DNA of 64,000 bases from Verrucomicrobiales bacterium (GTDB lineage Bacteria > Verrucomicrobiota > Verrucomicrobiia > Limisphaerales > J093): assembly GCA_037439785.1 (NCBI GenBank), contig JBBIVJ010000008.1, positions 44,686 to 108,685 of the forward strand. Direction: 5' to 3'. Within the stretch, counting starts at the first letter, position 1; each line of letters begins with the position of its first letter. Shown in pieces: positions 18,430-26,920 of the stretch. Below the pieces are notes generated by a model. The model was not told the origin of the DNA. It ran no database searches and was given only the letters and a program-made list of their open reading frames with translations. The translations under genes and the position numbers were made by a program.

Positions 18430-20625
18430 ATGGATTACGAGCTGGAGCGGATGGGCGCGGGGGGAGGGATGGCGGGCGACGCCGAAGAGGGGGGACGCCC
18501 GAAGGTCAATTTGCGGCATTACTGGTACGTGCTGCTGGAGCGCCGCTGGGTGGTCATCACCACCTACGCGGTCGTGCTCGCCCTGACCGGCCTGTACCTG
18601 TACGTGGCGCCCAAGGTTTACCGCGCCACCACCCGCCTCCAGATTGACCCGGAGTCCGAATCGGCCGTGAACCTGGGCGGGGTGAGCGTCCAAAACCTCC
18701 AGGCCCAGCAGGAATACCTCCAGACCCAGTACCGAAATCTGGTCAGCCGCAGCCTCATCAACGTGGTCATCCGCAAGGAACGGCTCAACGAAGACCCCCG
18801 CTACGCCCGGCACGTGGATGTCGCCCGCGCCCTGGCCGAAGACATCACCGTCAGCCCCCTGCGCATGACCCGCCTGGTGGACGTGAGCGTGGAACACACC
18901 TCCCCCACCAAGGCCGCCTCGATCGCCAACACCCTCACCACCGAGTTCATTGACTGGATGGCCGGCCAGCGCCAGGAGCGCACCTCGAAGATGCTCTTTT
19001 TCCTCCGCAACCAGGCCGCCGGCCTGGAAGGCGAGGTCCAACAGGCCGAAAACGACCTCCACAACTACCGGATGCGCACCAAGTTTGTCTCCCTCGAAAA
19101 GGGGGACAGCATTATCGCCGAGGCCCTCAACCAGGCCCACGCCCGCTACGTCGAGGCCCGGGCCCGCGCCCAGGTGGCCCAGACCCTGGTGGAGGAACTG
19201 GACCGCCACATCCGCGAACAAAAGCCCCTCGCCGCCTTCCCCACCATCGCCAACGACTCGGAAGTTCGCAGCCTCCAGGGCCAACTGGCCACCTACGAAA
19301 ACGAGCTGGCCGGCCTGCTCCAACGCTACAAGGACAAACACCCCAACGTCATCCAGGCCCGCGCCCGTATCGAGGAAACCCGCCAGGCCATTCAACGCGC
19401 CGCCGAGCGCATCGCCGAGGTCCTCCGCTCCAGCGCCCGCGTGGAAAAGGCCAACGAGGCCACCTACGCCGCCACCGTCACCGACTGGGAAAACCGCCAG
19501 ATGGAGTGGAACCGTGCCAAGATGGAATACGACGTCCTGGCCCGGAAGGCCGAGACCAAAAAGGCCATGTACAACGCCATCCTGGTCCGGATGAGCGAAA
19601 TGGACCTCGCCCAGAAAGACCGGGTCAACAACATCCGTCAGGTGGACCCCGCCGTCCCCCCGGCCGCCTACGTCAAACCCAACATCCCCCTCACCCTCGC
19701 CGCCGGCGCGGTGGGGGGGCTGGTCATTGCCCTGGGCCTCGCCTTGTTCGTGAACTTCCTCGACGACTCGATCAAGAGCCAGGACGACGTCGAGACCTAC
19801 CTGCGCCTGCCCTTCCTGGGCTACGTCCCCAGCATCAAGACCGAAAGCGTGAGCGAACGGCATCAGGCCAGCCACCTCCACGCCCAGTCCAACACCGCGG
19901 AAAGTTTCCGCACCATCCGGGCCGCCATCACCCTGGGCAGCCGCGGGGACCGCTACCGCCTGCTGGCCGTCACCAGCAGCATGCCCTCCGAGGGCAAATC
20001 CACCGTCGCCGCCAACCTGGCCATCGTCATTGCCCAGACCGGCATGCGGACCCTGCTGGTGGACGCGGACCTGCGGCGCCCGAGCGTCCACCACGGCTTC
20101 GGCGTCAACGGCGCCGCCGGCCTGGTCGCCTACCTCACCGGCAAGGCCCAGTCCCTCGAGGACATTGCCCTCCGGACCGAGGTGCCCAATCTGGACGTGG
20201 CCTGCTGCGGCAGCACCCCCTCCCAGCCCTCCGAACTGCTCGGTTCCCGCCGCATGAGCGAGTTCATCCAGGAAGCCAGCCGCCGCTATGACCGCGTGGT
20301 CATTGACTGCCCGCCGGTCTCCGCCGTCAGCGACCCCCTGATCGTGGGTGCCCAGGTGGACGGCGCGCTGCTGGTGGCCAAGTTCAACAAGGTGCGCCGC
20401 GAGATGGCCCGCAAAAGCGTGCAACGCCTCCTGGATGCGGGCGTCAACCTGTGCGGGGTGGTGATCAACGACATAGATTTCGAGGGCCGCGACGCCTACT
20501 ACTACTCCTACTACTACTACCAGAACCGGTACTACAAGGGCTATTACCAGGGCGGCAGCCGCGGCCGCACCCCCGCGCGCGAGGAAACGCCCGACGTTCC
20601 GGTCCCCCCCCCGCGCAACGCCTGA
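18430..20625 (+). CDS. wzc: Polysaccharide co-polymerase/tyrosine autokinase Wzc
   Basis: Two TMs, YKDKHP, AESFRTIR, PSEGKST, DADLRRP, IDCPP, C-terminal Tyr cluster. Confidence 0.93.
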   Translation: MDYELERMGAGGGMAGDAEEGGRPKVNLRHYWYVLLERRWVVITTYAVVLALTGLYLYVAPKVYRATTRLQIDPESESAVNLGGVSVQNLQAQQEYLQTQYRNLVSRSLINVVIRKERLNEDPRYARHVDVARALAEDITVSPLRMTRLVDVSVEHTSPTKAASIANTLTTEFIDWMAGQRQERTSKMLFFLRNQAAGLEGEVQQAENDLHNYRMRTKFVSLEKGDSIIAEALNQAHARYVEARARAQVAQTLVEELDRHIREQKPLAAFPTIANDSEVRSLQGQLATYENELAGLLQRYKDKHPNVIQARARIEETRQAIQRAAERIAEVLRSSARVEKANEATYAATVTDWENRQMEWNRAKMEYDVLARKAETKKAMYNAILVRMSEMDLAQKDRVNNIRQVDPAVPPAAYVKPNIPLTLAAGAVGGLVIALGLALFVNFLDDSIKSQDDVETYLRLPFLGYVPSIKTESVSERHQASHLHAQSNTAESFRTIRAAITLGSRGDRYRLLAVTSSMPSEGKSTVAANLAIVIAQTGMRTLLVDADLRRPSVHHGFGVNGAAGLVAYLTGKAQSLEDIALRTEVPNLDVACCGSTPSQPSELLGSRRMSEFIQEASRRYDRVVIDCPPVSAVSDPLIVGAQVDGALLVAKFNKVRREMARKSVQRLLDAGVNLCGVVINDIDFEGRDAYYYSYYYYQNRYYKGYYQGGSRGRTPAREETPDVPVPPPRNA

Positions 20626-20650
20626 GTGCTCCCTTCCGCGCGGTGCTCCC

Positions 20651-21604
20651 TCACCGCTCCGGCGGGCTCTCCGGTACCGCCGCGGGGCCGATGTACGAGC
20701 GGGCGACCACCACGTTGTCGAAATCCACCACGTTGGTCGGCTGGCGGGTCCAGCGGTCGGTGATGTACGCCTCCAGCGTGAGGGCGTTGGCCTGCAGCGC
20801 GGCCGTTTTGCGCCAGTTGATGCCGCGCCAATGCCCCACCAACCGGCCGTCAATCCAGAAGGCCTGCTCGCCGTCCGGCCGGCCGGGGGTGTTGTGCCGG
20901 AGCATGAACTCGGCGCAAATCCAGCGTCCCCGCGGAATGACCGGTTGCGGCTCCGGGCGGAAGGCGTTGCCCCAGTATTTACCATCCGGCGCGGCGGTCA
21001 TCTCGTGCCAGTAGCTGTAAAAGTTCCATTTGCCCGGCGGCGGCCAGCGCCCCCAGTCCCCCCACGGCTCGAGGGCGGTCGAGAATCGCTCGTCACCGGC
21101 CGGGCGGACGCCCGCGCCCCCAAAGCCGCTCCAGCGGTCGGCGCCGCGTAGTCCGCGGTTGGCCCGCAGGGTCACGAAGTGGTGCACGTAGTCGCAGTCC
21201 GGGGCGAAGCGCACATAGAACCGCACAAACACCGGGTCCACCGGCTCGAACCACCTGGTCAGCCCGTCCCCCGTGTTTTCCCCCAGCCGCCCCTCCACGC
21301 GGAGGCAGCGCCGACCGCACACCGCCGCCTCCGGCGCCGCCCAGCGCAGCGCCCGCCCGCCCGCCGCGCCCGTCGCGTCCCAGCGCCCCTCCAGCGCGCC
21401 GGTCTCGAAGTCATCGGCGAAGACCACCGCCGGGTGGGTGGACACCCCCGCATCGGCGGGAAATGGGTTGGCCAGCCCCGGCCCTTCCGGCAGGAGGCGT
21501 TGCGCGGCCAGATTGAGGAAACGTTCCTCGGCGGAACGCGCGGCGGGGGCGACCCACAGCAGCAGGGCGATCACCGTGAGGGCGGAGGTCAAGGCGGGGT
21601 GCAT
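20651..21604 (-). CDS. Secreted hypothetical protein, polysaccharide-lyase-like jelly-roll
   Basis: Signal peptide, VFADDFE, FVRFYVRF, GRWICAEF, DGEQAFWIDG, FDNVVVA. Confidence 0.6.
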   Translation of the reverse strand: MHPALTSALTVIALLLWVAPAARSAEERFLNLAAQRLLPEGPGLANPFPADAGVSTHPAVVFADDFETGALEGRWDATGAAGGRALRWAAPEAAVCGRRCLRVEGRLGENTGDGLTRWFEPVDPVFVRFYVRFAPDCDYVHHFVTLRANRGLRGADRWSGFGGAGVRPAGDERFSTALEPWGDWGRWPPPGKWNFYSYWHEMTAAPDGKYWGNAFRPEPQPVIPRGRWICAEFMLRHNTPGRPDGEQAFWIDGRLVGHWRGINWRKTAALQANALTLEAYITDRWTRQPTNVVDFDNVVVARSYIGPAAVPESPPER

Positions 21605-21642
21605 GGGGCTCAAGAGAGTTCGTGCCGGCGGTGAAGCCGATA

Positions 21643-22950
21643 TCAAGGGTCCGCCGGCGCGGTCAAGGGAGCCAGATTGCCGGCGGCATCGAAGGACCAG
21701 GGGGCCGGCGGGCCGCAGATTTCCACATCCCCCCGCCCCTCCAGTTCGGCCAGGAGCGATTCCGAGACCTCGATCCATTCCAGGGACAGCGTGTCGCGAA
21801 TACGCGCCAACCGCGGCGCCTGGCCGGCCGGCAGCGGCAGAGAGGCCAGGGCAGCGGCGAGGACCTCGCGGTCGGTGTCGAAATGCATCGGCACCTTTGC
21901 CCCTTGCAGGGAAAGGGCGGTGAGGGCGTTGGTCCAGGTGGCGTTACGATCCAGGGCACGCACCAGGCGCGTGGTGGTGAAATCCGCCAGGCCGATGCCA
22001 ATGGCATTGCCGTGGCTTTCCGGGGTCAGCTCGCGCACCACCAGCCGCTGGATGCTCGGGCCGGAGCCCTCCCCTTGCGGCGCCAGCACGTAGCCGTGGA
22101 TGGAGCGGCCGATGATGGCCGGGTCCAGGCCGGTGCCGCTGAGGTTCTTGCCGATCCGGTCCACGATCAACAGGTCCAGCCGGGCCACCGGCAGCCGCGG
22201 CATCCGGGTGCGCGCCTCCGCGCACAGGGCTTCGTCGCGAGCGATCCAGTGACGGGGCTCGACCACCTCGATCTTCGCCAGCCGATGGCGGGCATCCTCC
22301 ACCGTGGCCACGCCCGCCAGCAGCGGCACGCGCGCCAACAGTACCTCGGCCGCGGCCCGGAGCACGGCTTCATGGCCCTGCCCTGCTGCCGCCCGGTGAA
22401 AGACCGCGGCGCCAGCCGGCTTGCCCAGGCCCACCACCAGCATCTTGGTCAGGCCGCTGCCCAGTTGGCCGGCAAAGTCCGTGTGGGGCTTCACGCGATT
22501 GATCAACACCAGCGCGTCCGCGCGCAACACCTCGGTGCTGCACCACACCGGCCAATGCTCTTTCAGGCGCCCCACCTCCTCAACTTCCAACCCCGCCCGA
22601 ATGGAGACCCCCATGCTCGCTTTGGTGATGCCGTAGCCGGCCAGCACCGCCCGTTGTCCCTCCGGCGTGGCGCCGCCGTGACTGCCCATCGCCGGCACCA
22701 GAAACGGTACCGTCCCGGCCTGTTGCAGCACCCTCAGCGTGGTGCGGACGATTTCGGGCAGCCGGTCCATCCCCCGGCTGCCCACCCCCACGGCCACCCG
22801 GGCGCCGGGGCGGAGGCGGAGCGCCAGCGGTCGAAGGCCGGCGGGGAGAACAGCCTCCACGTCCGCGGCCGGCGAGGGGGGGAACCGCTGCCGCACCAGC
22901 ACCCGGCGGGGTAAATCCCCACCCCGCCACGGCTCCAGCGGTGTGCTCAC
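21643..22950 (-). CDS. LarA-like/DUF2088-domain protein
   Basis: VAVGVGSRG, PAMGSHGGATPEGQ, NRVKPHT, SGLTKML, GKNLSGTGLD, GNAIGIGLAD; GTG 22950 chosen. Confidence 0.75.
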   Translation of the reverse strand: MSTPLEPWRGGDLPRRVLVRQRFPPSPAADVEAVLPAGLRPLALRLRPGARVAVGVGSRGMDRLPEIVRTTLRVLQQAGTVPFLVPAMGSHGGATPEGQRAVLAGYGITKASMGVSIRAGLEVEEVGRLKEHWPVWCSTEVLRADALVLINRVKPHTDFAGQLGSGLTKMLVVGLGKPAGAAVFHRAAAGQGHEAVLRAAAEVLLARVPLLAGVATVEDARHRLAKIEVVEPRHWIARDEALCAEARTRMPRLPVARLDLLIVDRIGKNLSGTGLDPAIIGRSIHGYVLAPQGEGSGPSIQRLVVRELTPESHGNAIGIGLADFTTTRLVRALDRNATWTNALTALSLQGAKVPMHFDTDREVLAAALASLPLPAGQAPRLARIRDTLSLEWIEVSESLLAELEGRGDVEICGPPAPWSFDAAGNLAPLTAPADP

Positions 22951-23096
22951 AGCCCGCACTTTGAGTCGGTCCCTCGGGAAAAGCCAGCCACCGCGCGGGC
23001 AGGGGCAACGCCCACCCGACCCCAGCCGGACCGCACCGGCCCTGAACGGCACACGCCCCTGGCCCGTTGAAGGTCCGGTTGGCGGCGAGAAGCCTA

Positions 23097-23124
23097 TTGA
23101 CGTGCCCCCGGCCTCTGGTAGTCT
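23097..23124 (+). promoter_or_regulatory. Sigma70-type promoter of rplM-rpsI
   Basis: TTGACG-16 nt-TAGTCT, 25 nt upstream of ATG. Confidence 0.6.
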
Positions 23125-23149
23125 CACGGCTCTTTGCTTCCGAATCCGG

Positions 23150-23584
23150 ATGAAGACTTACTTGCCGAAAGTGGATGTCAACACGCGCGGCTGGCGGGTG
23201 GTGGACGCGGACGGCGTGGTCCTGGGGCGCCTGGCGGCCAGGGTGGCCACTCTGTTGCGCGGAAAGGACAAGCCGATCTTCACCCCGCACCTGGACACCG
23301 GCGATTTCGTCGTGGTGATCAACGCCGAAAAAGTGCGTCTGACCGGCAACAAGGAGACGCAGAAGCGCTACATGAGCTACTCGGGCTGGAAGGGGGGCGA
23401 GAAATATCGGACCGTGGCCGAGGTGCGGGCCAGGCACCCTGAACGGCTGATCCTGCACGCCGTCAAGGGCATGATTCCGAAGAACCGGCTGGGGGCCCGC
23501 TTGCTGACCAAGCTCAAGGTCTATCGCGGCAACAGTCACCCCCATCAGGCCCAGAAGCCGGTTCCCACCCCCATCCCCGCCTAG
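23150..23584 (+). CDS. rplM: 50S ribosomal protein L13
   Basis: W.VVDA.G..LGRLA, LRGKDKP.FTPH.DTGD, KGMIPKN.LG, HPHQAQKP. Confidence 0.98.
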   Translation: MKTYLPKVDVNTRGWRVVDADGVVLGRLAARVATLLRGKDKPIFTPHLDTGDFVVVINAEKVRLTGNKETQKRYMSYSGWKGGEKYRTVAEVRARHPERLILHAVKGMIPKNRLGARLLTKLKVYRGNSHPHQAQKPVPTPIPA

Positions 23585-23603
23585 TTTTCCGTTCCCTTTG
23601 CCC

Positions 23604-23999
23604 ATGTCTCCGCTCACCGAATTCCTCGGCACCGGTCGTCGCAAATCCGCGGTCGCCCGTGTCCGCCTTGCCCCCGGCACCGGCAAGATCACCATCAACG
23701 GCCGGCCCATCGAAAATTACTTCGTCCTGGAATCGCAGCGCGTGTGGGCCACCCAACCGCTGACCGTGACCCCGTCGGCTGACAAGTTCGACGCCCGCGT
23801 TAACGTGACCGGTGGCGGGCTGACCGGTCAGGCGGGCGCCGTGCGATTGGGCCTCGCCCGCGCCCTGCTCCAGACCGATCTAAACTGCCGCCCGCAGCTC
23901 AAGGCGGAGGGCCTTTTGACCCGTGACGCGCGGGCCAAGGAGCGCAAGAAGTACGGTCAGCCCGGCGCGCGGAAGCGTTACCAGTACAGCAAGCGCTAG
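23604..23999 (+). CDS. rpsI: 30S ribosomal protein S9
   Basis: GTGRRKSAVARV, GGGLTGQAGAVR, LTRDAR.KERKKYG, YSKR. Confidence 0.98.
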   Translation: MSPLTEFLGTGRRKSAVARVRLAPGTGKITINGRPIENYFVLESQRVWATQPLTVTPSADKFDARVNVTGGGLTGQAGAVRLGLARALLQTDLNCRPQLKAEGLLTRDARAKERKKYGQPGARKRYQYSKR

Positions 24000-24039
24000 G
24001 TCATTCCCTCTCCTTGCGGCCCGGGCAAGCCGGGTCTTC

Positions 24040-24068
24040 AGCCCCCGAGAGCGGGGGCTTTTTGTTTT
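24040..24068 (+). terminator. Intrinsic terminator after rpsI
   Basis: AGCCCCCG-agag-CGGGGGCT followed by TTTTGTTTT. Confidence 0.8.
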
Positions 24069-24084
24069 GGGAAACGTCAAGGGC

Positions 24085-24135
24085 TTGACACCTCAACATT
24101 TGGTGGGCAACGTCCGCGCTGGCCACATTTAGCAG
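24085..24135 (+). promoter_or_regulatory. nrdR promoter (-35 TTGACA) with two NrdR-box-like sites
   Basis: cctCAACATTTGGtgg (24091-24106) and tggCCACATTTAGcag (24120-24135) resemble the acaCwAtATaTwGtgt consensus. Confidence 0.6.
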
Positions 24136-24149
24136 TAGTCCGGACCGAT

Positions 24150-24635
24150 ATGCGTTGCCCCAAGTGCGGTTGTCGCGAGGACAAGGTGATTGATTCCCGG
24201 GCGTCCCGGGAGGGGGCGACCATCCGCCGACGCCGCGAATGTCTGGCCTGTGGTCACCGGTTCACGACCTATGAGCAGGTCGAGCTGCGCCCGTTGCTGG
24301 TGGTCAAACGGGACGGGCGGCGCGAGCCGTTCTCCCGTGACAAGCTGCGCAACGGCATCACGCGGGCTTGCGACAAGCGCCCGGTCAGCCCGGCGGCCAT
24401 CGAGGAGGTGGTCGAGCGCGTCAGCGGGGAGCTGCACAGCGAGTTCGAAGGAGAAGTGCCGGCCACGGTGATTGGTGAACGGGTCATGAACGAGCTGCGC
24501 GGGCTCGACCCGGTGGCCTATGTGCGCTTTGCCAGCGTGTACCGGCGGTTCGAGGAGGCCACCGATTTCCTGCAAGTGGTCAAACACCTGGAGGTGCCGC
24601 ATGATACGGCTACGTACCGATTGCCTGGTTTTTGA
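24150..24635 (+). CDS. nrdR: Transcriptional repressor NrdR
   Basis: MRCPKC...DKVIDSR, IRRRREC..C..RFTTYE, ATP cone VVKRDG.REPF, VAYVRFASVY. Confidence 0.97.
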   Translation: MRCPKCGCREDKVIDSRASREGATIRRRRECLACGHRFTTYEQVELRPLLVVKRDGRREPFSRDKLRNGITRACDKRPVSPAAIEEVVERVSGELHSEFEGEVPATVIGERVMNELRGLDPVAYVRFASVYRRFEEATDFLQVVKHLEVPHDTATYRLPGF

Positions 24636-25161
24636 GACCAGCGACGGCGGGGTGCCCTGCACCGTGGCGGCCGTTATTGATGAGCTGCTGGGCGAGGCCA
24701 CCTCGTGGCTGGACCCGGAGGTGCTCAAGGAAGCCGCCGCCGGGGTATTGCACTATTTCCAGGAAGAACTTGGCCGGGACACGGTGACGGTGGACGAGTT
24801 CTCCCATGCCCTGGCCCGCGTGCTGCGGGGATTCGGGCTGCACGTGGTGCCGGCGGAGGCGCTGGCCAGCCCGGGCGCCCCGCCCTCGCCCGTGCTTGAT
24901 TTGCGGGAGCTGGCTTGCGCGGCGGGGGGGCCGCTCGAGCTGGTGTTTTTCACGCGTCTGCGGTGCGAATTGACCCGCTGCCTGGCCATCGCGCCCCGCG
25001 TGGTACGGCTGCGGGGGCTGCGGGCGTGCGTGAAGCACCTCGCCGCGGCACAACGCTGGTGCCCGCGTTGCCGGCGCCTGCGCGGGCAGATTCTGTCCTT
25101 TCTTGATGACTGCCTGCGGGAGACCGCCCCGCAAGGCGGATGTGCCCTGGTGGTCAGTTGA
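24601..25161 (+). CDS. Hypothetical protein with degenerate ATP-cone-like N terminus and WCxxC motif
   Basis: ATG 24601 overlaps the nrdR end by 35 nt; pattern similar to the NrdR ATP cone. Confidence 0.7.
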   Translation: MIRLRTDCLVFETSDGGVPCTVAAVIDELLGEATSWLDPEVLKEAAAGVLHYFQEELGRDTVTVDEFSHALARVLRGFGLHVVPAEALASPGAPPSPVLDLRELACAAGGPLELVFFTRLRCELTRCLAIAPRVVRLRGLRACVKHLAAAQRWCPRCRRLRGQILSFLDDCLRETAPQGGCALVVS

Positions 25162-25242
25162 GTCCGCGCCCGCGCGGGCCCCATCCCCTTTTTGGCGAAG
25201 GAAAGCCGCCGGTCCCGGCTCGTCAGGCCGGCAGAGCGGCGG

Positions 25243-25749
25243 TCAGTCCAGGTCGTACAAGCCGCTGTCGCGCGTGTAGCCGCCCCCGCCGAAGCCGCCG
25301 GCTTCCTCGTCTTCCTCGCCGCCCAGGAGCCCGCCCAGCACCTCGCCCATGTCCTCCTCGATTTTTTCGGGATCCTCACCCTTTTCGAGGCGTTTGATGG
25401 CGACGTCCAGCTCCTTGGGAATCGTCCCCGGCGGCAGGGCCTCCTTCATTTTTTTCATCACATGGGCCATGTGGCGGGGGTTGTTTTCGTCCAGATGGTC
25501 CATGTCCCGCTCCAGTTCGCTCATGACCCGTTCCATCCGCCGTTCGTCGAAGTCCGGCGGCGTCTCGTCGGTATCGGCCGGGGCGGACGGTTCGGGCACC
25601 CCCTTGAGGTGGGCAAAGCGGCTGATCTGTTTGCTCAGGGGACGATGGCCGCACTTGGGGCAGGCCGGGGTGCGCGCGGGGTTCACTTTCCGGGAAAGGA
25701 AGCTGAAGATGACCCGGCAGCGGGGGCAGGCGTATTCGTAGATGGGCAT
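25243..25749 (-). CDS. FmdB-family zinc-ribbon protein with acidic tail
   Basis: MPIYEYACPRC...CPKCG...KQISRF. Confidence 0.88.
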   Translation of the reverse strand: MPIYEYACPRCRVIFSFLSRKVNPARTPACPKCGHRPLSKQISRFAHLKGVPEPSAPADTDETPPDFDERRMERVMSELERDMDHLDENNPRHMAHVMKKMKEALPPGTIPKELDVAIKRLEKGEDPEKIEEDMGEVLGGLLGGEEDEEAGGFGGGGYTRDSGLYDLD

Positions 25750-25802
25750 AACACCGCTCGTCGGTTGCTGTGCGGGAGGATGCGAACACGGCCCCACGGC
25801 CG

Positions 25803-26795
25803 TCAAGGGGAGCCCGCCGGGCCGGCCTCGGCGGCGGCCAGAACTTCCTGCAAACTCACCGGCACGCCGCCGCGGCGCTTGCTTTCGTCTGCCGCCTCCA
25901 TGAAGGCGAACAATTCCACCGTTTCCTCGGGCGACACCGGGGCCACGCCGGTCTGGAAAAAGCGGATAACCTCGCGGATCAAGGGGGCGTAGTCCCCGCC
26001 GGGACGCTGGTCCACCACGGCCCTGGTGCCGAAGAGGGTGACCCGGTAAGGCGCCGCCGCGTTGCGGATACCGATGAGGGTACCCACCCGGCCGTCCTGC
26101 CAGACGCCGGTCACCACGTCCGTATCGGGGGTGTGGGTGCGCACCACGCGCTGGCAGCCGGTCCCCAGCACCGCAAACAGCGCCTCGGTCGCATGGATGC
26201 CATACCAGAACAGGTCCGGATGGTGCGGCTCCAGCGGGGCGGGGCCGGTGGAAACCGCCCCGCGGATGCGCCCCACGTCCGTGCCCTTGAGCTCGATCAA
26301 GCCGGGATAAAAACGGAGCGAGGACGAGCTCCAGCAGGGGACCCCCCGTTCCCGCGCCAGCCGGAAGATGGCGAGCACATCGCGCAACGAGCCGGCCATG
26401 GGCTTGTCAATGAACAGCGGTTTGCGGGCCTCCAACACCGGCCGCGCCTGGGCCAGGTGCGGGCGGCCGTCCACGCTTTCGAGCATCACCGCGTCCACCT
26501 CGGCACACAGGGTCTCGATCGAATCGGCCAGGCGCACGCCCCAACGCTCCTGCAGTTGGCGCGTGTACTCCTCGATCCGCGTGCGGCTGGCCTCCAGGTC
26601 GGGGCTGCCGCCCTTGAAAGCCACCACCACCCGTCCGCCCGGCACGTGGCCCGGGTCCGCCGGGTCGTTGAGCAGGCGGGTGAAGGCCACGACGTGGGAC
26701 GTGTCCAAACCAATCAGGCCGATGCGCAGGTCTGCCGCCCACGCGGTGCCCAGGACCGCCACGCCGGCGGCCCACCGACAAAGAAGCTTGATCAT
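25803..26795 (-). CDS. Gfo/Idh/MocA-family oxidoreductase (secreted)
   Basis: IGLIGLDTSH, ESVDGRPH, FIDKPMA, SSSSLRF, WYGIH. Confidence 0.88.
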   Translation of the reverse strand: MIKLLCRWAAGVAVLGTAWAADLRIGLIGLDTSHVVAFTRLLNDPADPGHVPGGRVVVAFKGGSPDLEASRTRIEEYTRQLQERWGVRLADSIETLCAEVDAVMLESVDGRPHLAQARPVLEARKPLFIDKPMAGSLRDVLAIFRLARERGVPCWSSSSLRFYPGLIELKGTDVGRIRGAVSTGPAPLEPHHPDLFWYGIHATEALFAVLGTGCQRVVRTHTPDTDVVTGVWQDGRVGTLIGIRNAAAPYRVTLFGTRAVVDQRPGGDYAPLIREVIRFFQTGVAPVSPEETVELFAFMEAADESKRRGGVPVSLQEVLAAAEAGPAGSP

Positions 26796-26920
26796 GCCCC
26801 AACCCTGACGCCACGCGCGCCGGGGCACAACGGGAAATCCCCCTGCCCGCGGCCGCGGCCGCGGCCCGCCCGGTTGGGATGCGGCCGGGGAGGGGCCGTG
26901 CAGCCGCGCCGGATGCGTCC

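Noticed and set aside
17758-20985. 1075-aa minus-strand ORF
   Set aside because: Antisense shadow of wza and wzc
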